Below, piece by piece: positions 63,640 through 64,000 of a stretch of 64,000 bases of DNA. Under the pieces are notes generated by a model that saw nothing but the letters and a program-made list of their open reading frames with translations, was not told where the DNA came from and ran no database searches. Position numbers and translations under genes: made by a program. Within the stretch, counting starts at the first letter, position 1. Each line of letters opens with the position of its first letter. The stretch comes from the human T2T-CHM13v2.0 reference genome, Homo sapiens. The stretch lies in assembly GCF_009914755.1 (NCBI RefSeq), contig NC_060931.1. The stretch is one strand, 5' to 3'.

Positions 63640-64000
63640 ATGGGCAAACTTCCACCCTCCATTCCTCCTTCTTCTCCCTTAGCCTGTGTTCTTAAGAACT
63701 TAAAACCTCTTCAACTCTCACCTGACCTAAAATCTAAGCATCTTATTTTCTTCTGAAATGCCGCTTGACCCCAATACAAACTCAACAGTAGTTCCAAATA
63801 GCCAGAAAATGGCACTTTCAATTTTCCATCCTACAAGATCTAAATAATTCTTGTCATAAAATGGGCAAATGGTCTGAGTTGCCTGATGTCCAGGCATTCT
63901 TTTACACATCAGTCCCTCTCTAGTCTCTGTTTCCAATGTGACTCCTCCCAAATCCTCCTTCTTCCCTCCCGCCTGTCCCCTCAGTCCCAACCCCAAGCAT
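63640..64000 (+). pseudogene. HERV-H gag, disrupted
   Basis: MGKLPPSIPPSSPLACVLKNLKPLQLSPDLKSKHLIFF* (TGA at 63754-56). Further stops occur at Trp positions, with 'MGKWSE' downstream. Confidence 0.88.

Larger units (their letters stand above)
62916..64000 (+). mobile_element. HERV-H internal region (leader, pre-gag, gag start), running off the window
   Basis: PBS, major splice donor 'ccg|gtaagc' at 63061, C-rich tandem repeats and a gag-like frame. Confidence 0.96.

Overview
AT-rich, CpG-poor primate (human-like) genomic DNA with no credible protein-coding gene, rRNA, tRNA or CRISPR array. The ORF track is chance ORFs plus decayed transposon and retrovirus frames. Roughly half the window is recognisable interspersed repeat: nine Alus, several L1s, L2, L3 and MIR relics, MaLR and ERV1 solo LTRs, and DNA-transposon MITEs. 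The L1s include a 5'-complete ancient copy at ~36.7-43.4 kb and a twin-primed L1PA at ~46.9-50.8 kb. There is also a 5'-deleted HERV-L with its MLT2 LTR (20.8-23.5 kb) and the 5' end of a HERV-H provirus (LTR7, tRNA-His PBS, splice donor, dead gag) from 62515 to the window end. The most unusual signal is a 30-bp sequence inside the inverted arm of the L1PA that matches unique DNA 4.2 kb downstream at 29/30, with microhomology at both joints. Other notable features are several fold-back or templated micro-insertions, a higher-order repeat of an L1 poly(A) signal, a 230-nt pure-purine tract, and candidate exons of a plus-strand non-coding transcript. I see no convincing evidence of a new biological system. 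Subfamily names come from recall of consensus sequences, and boundaries without TSDs are approximate.
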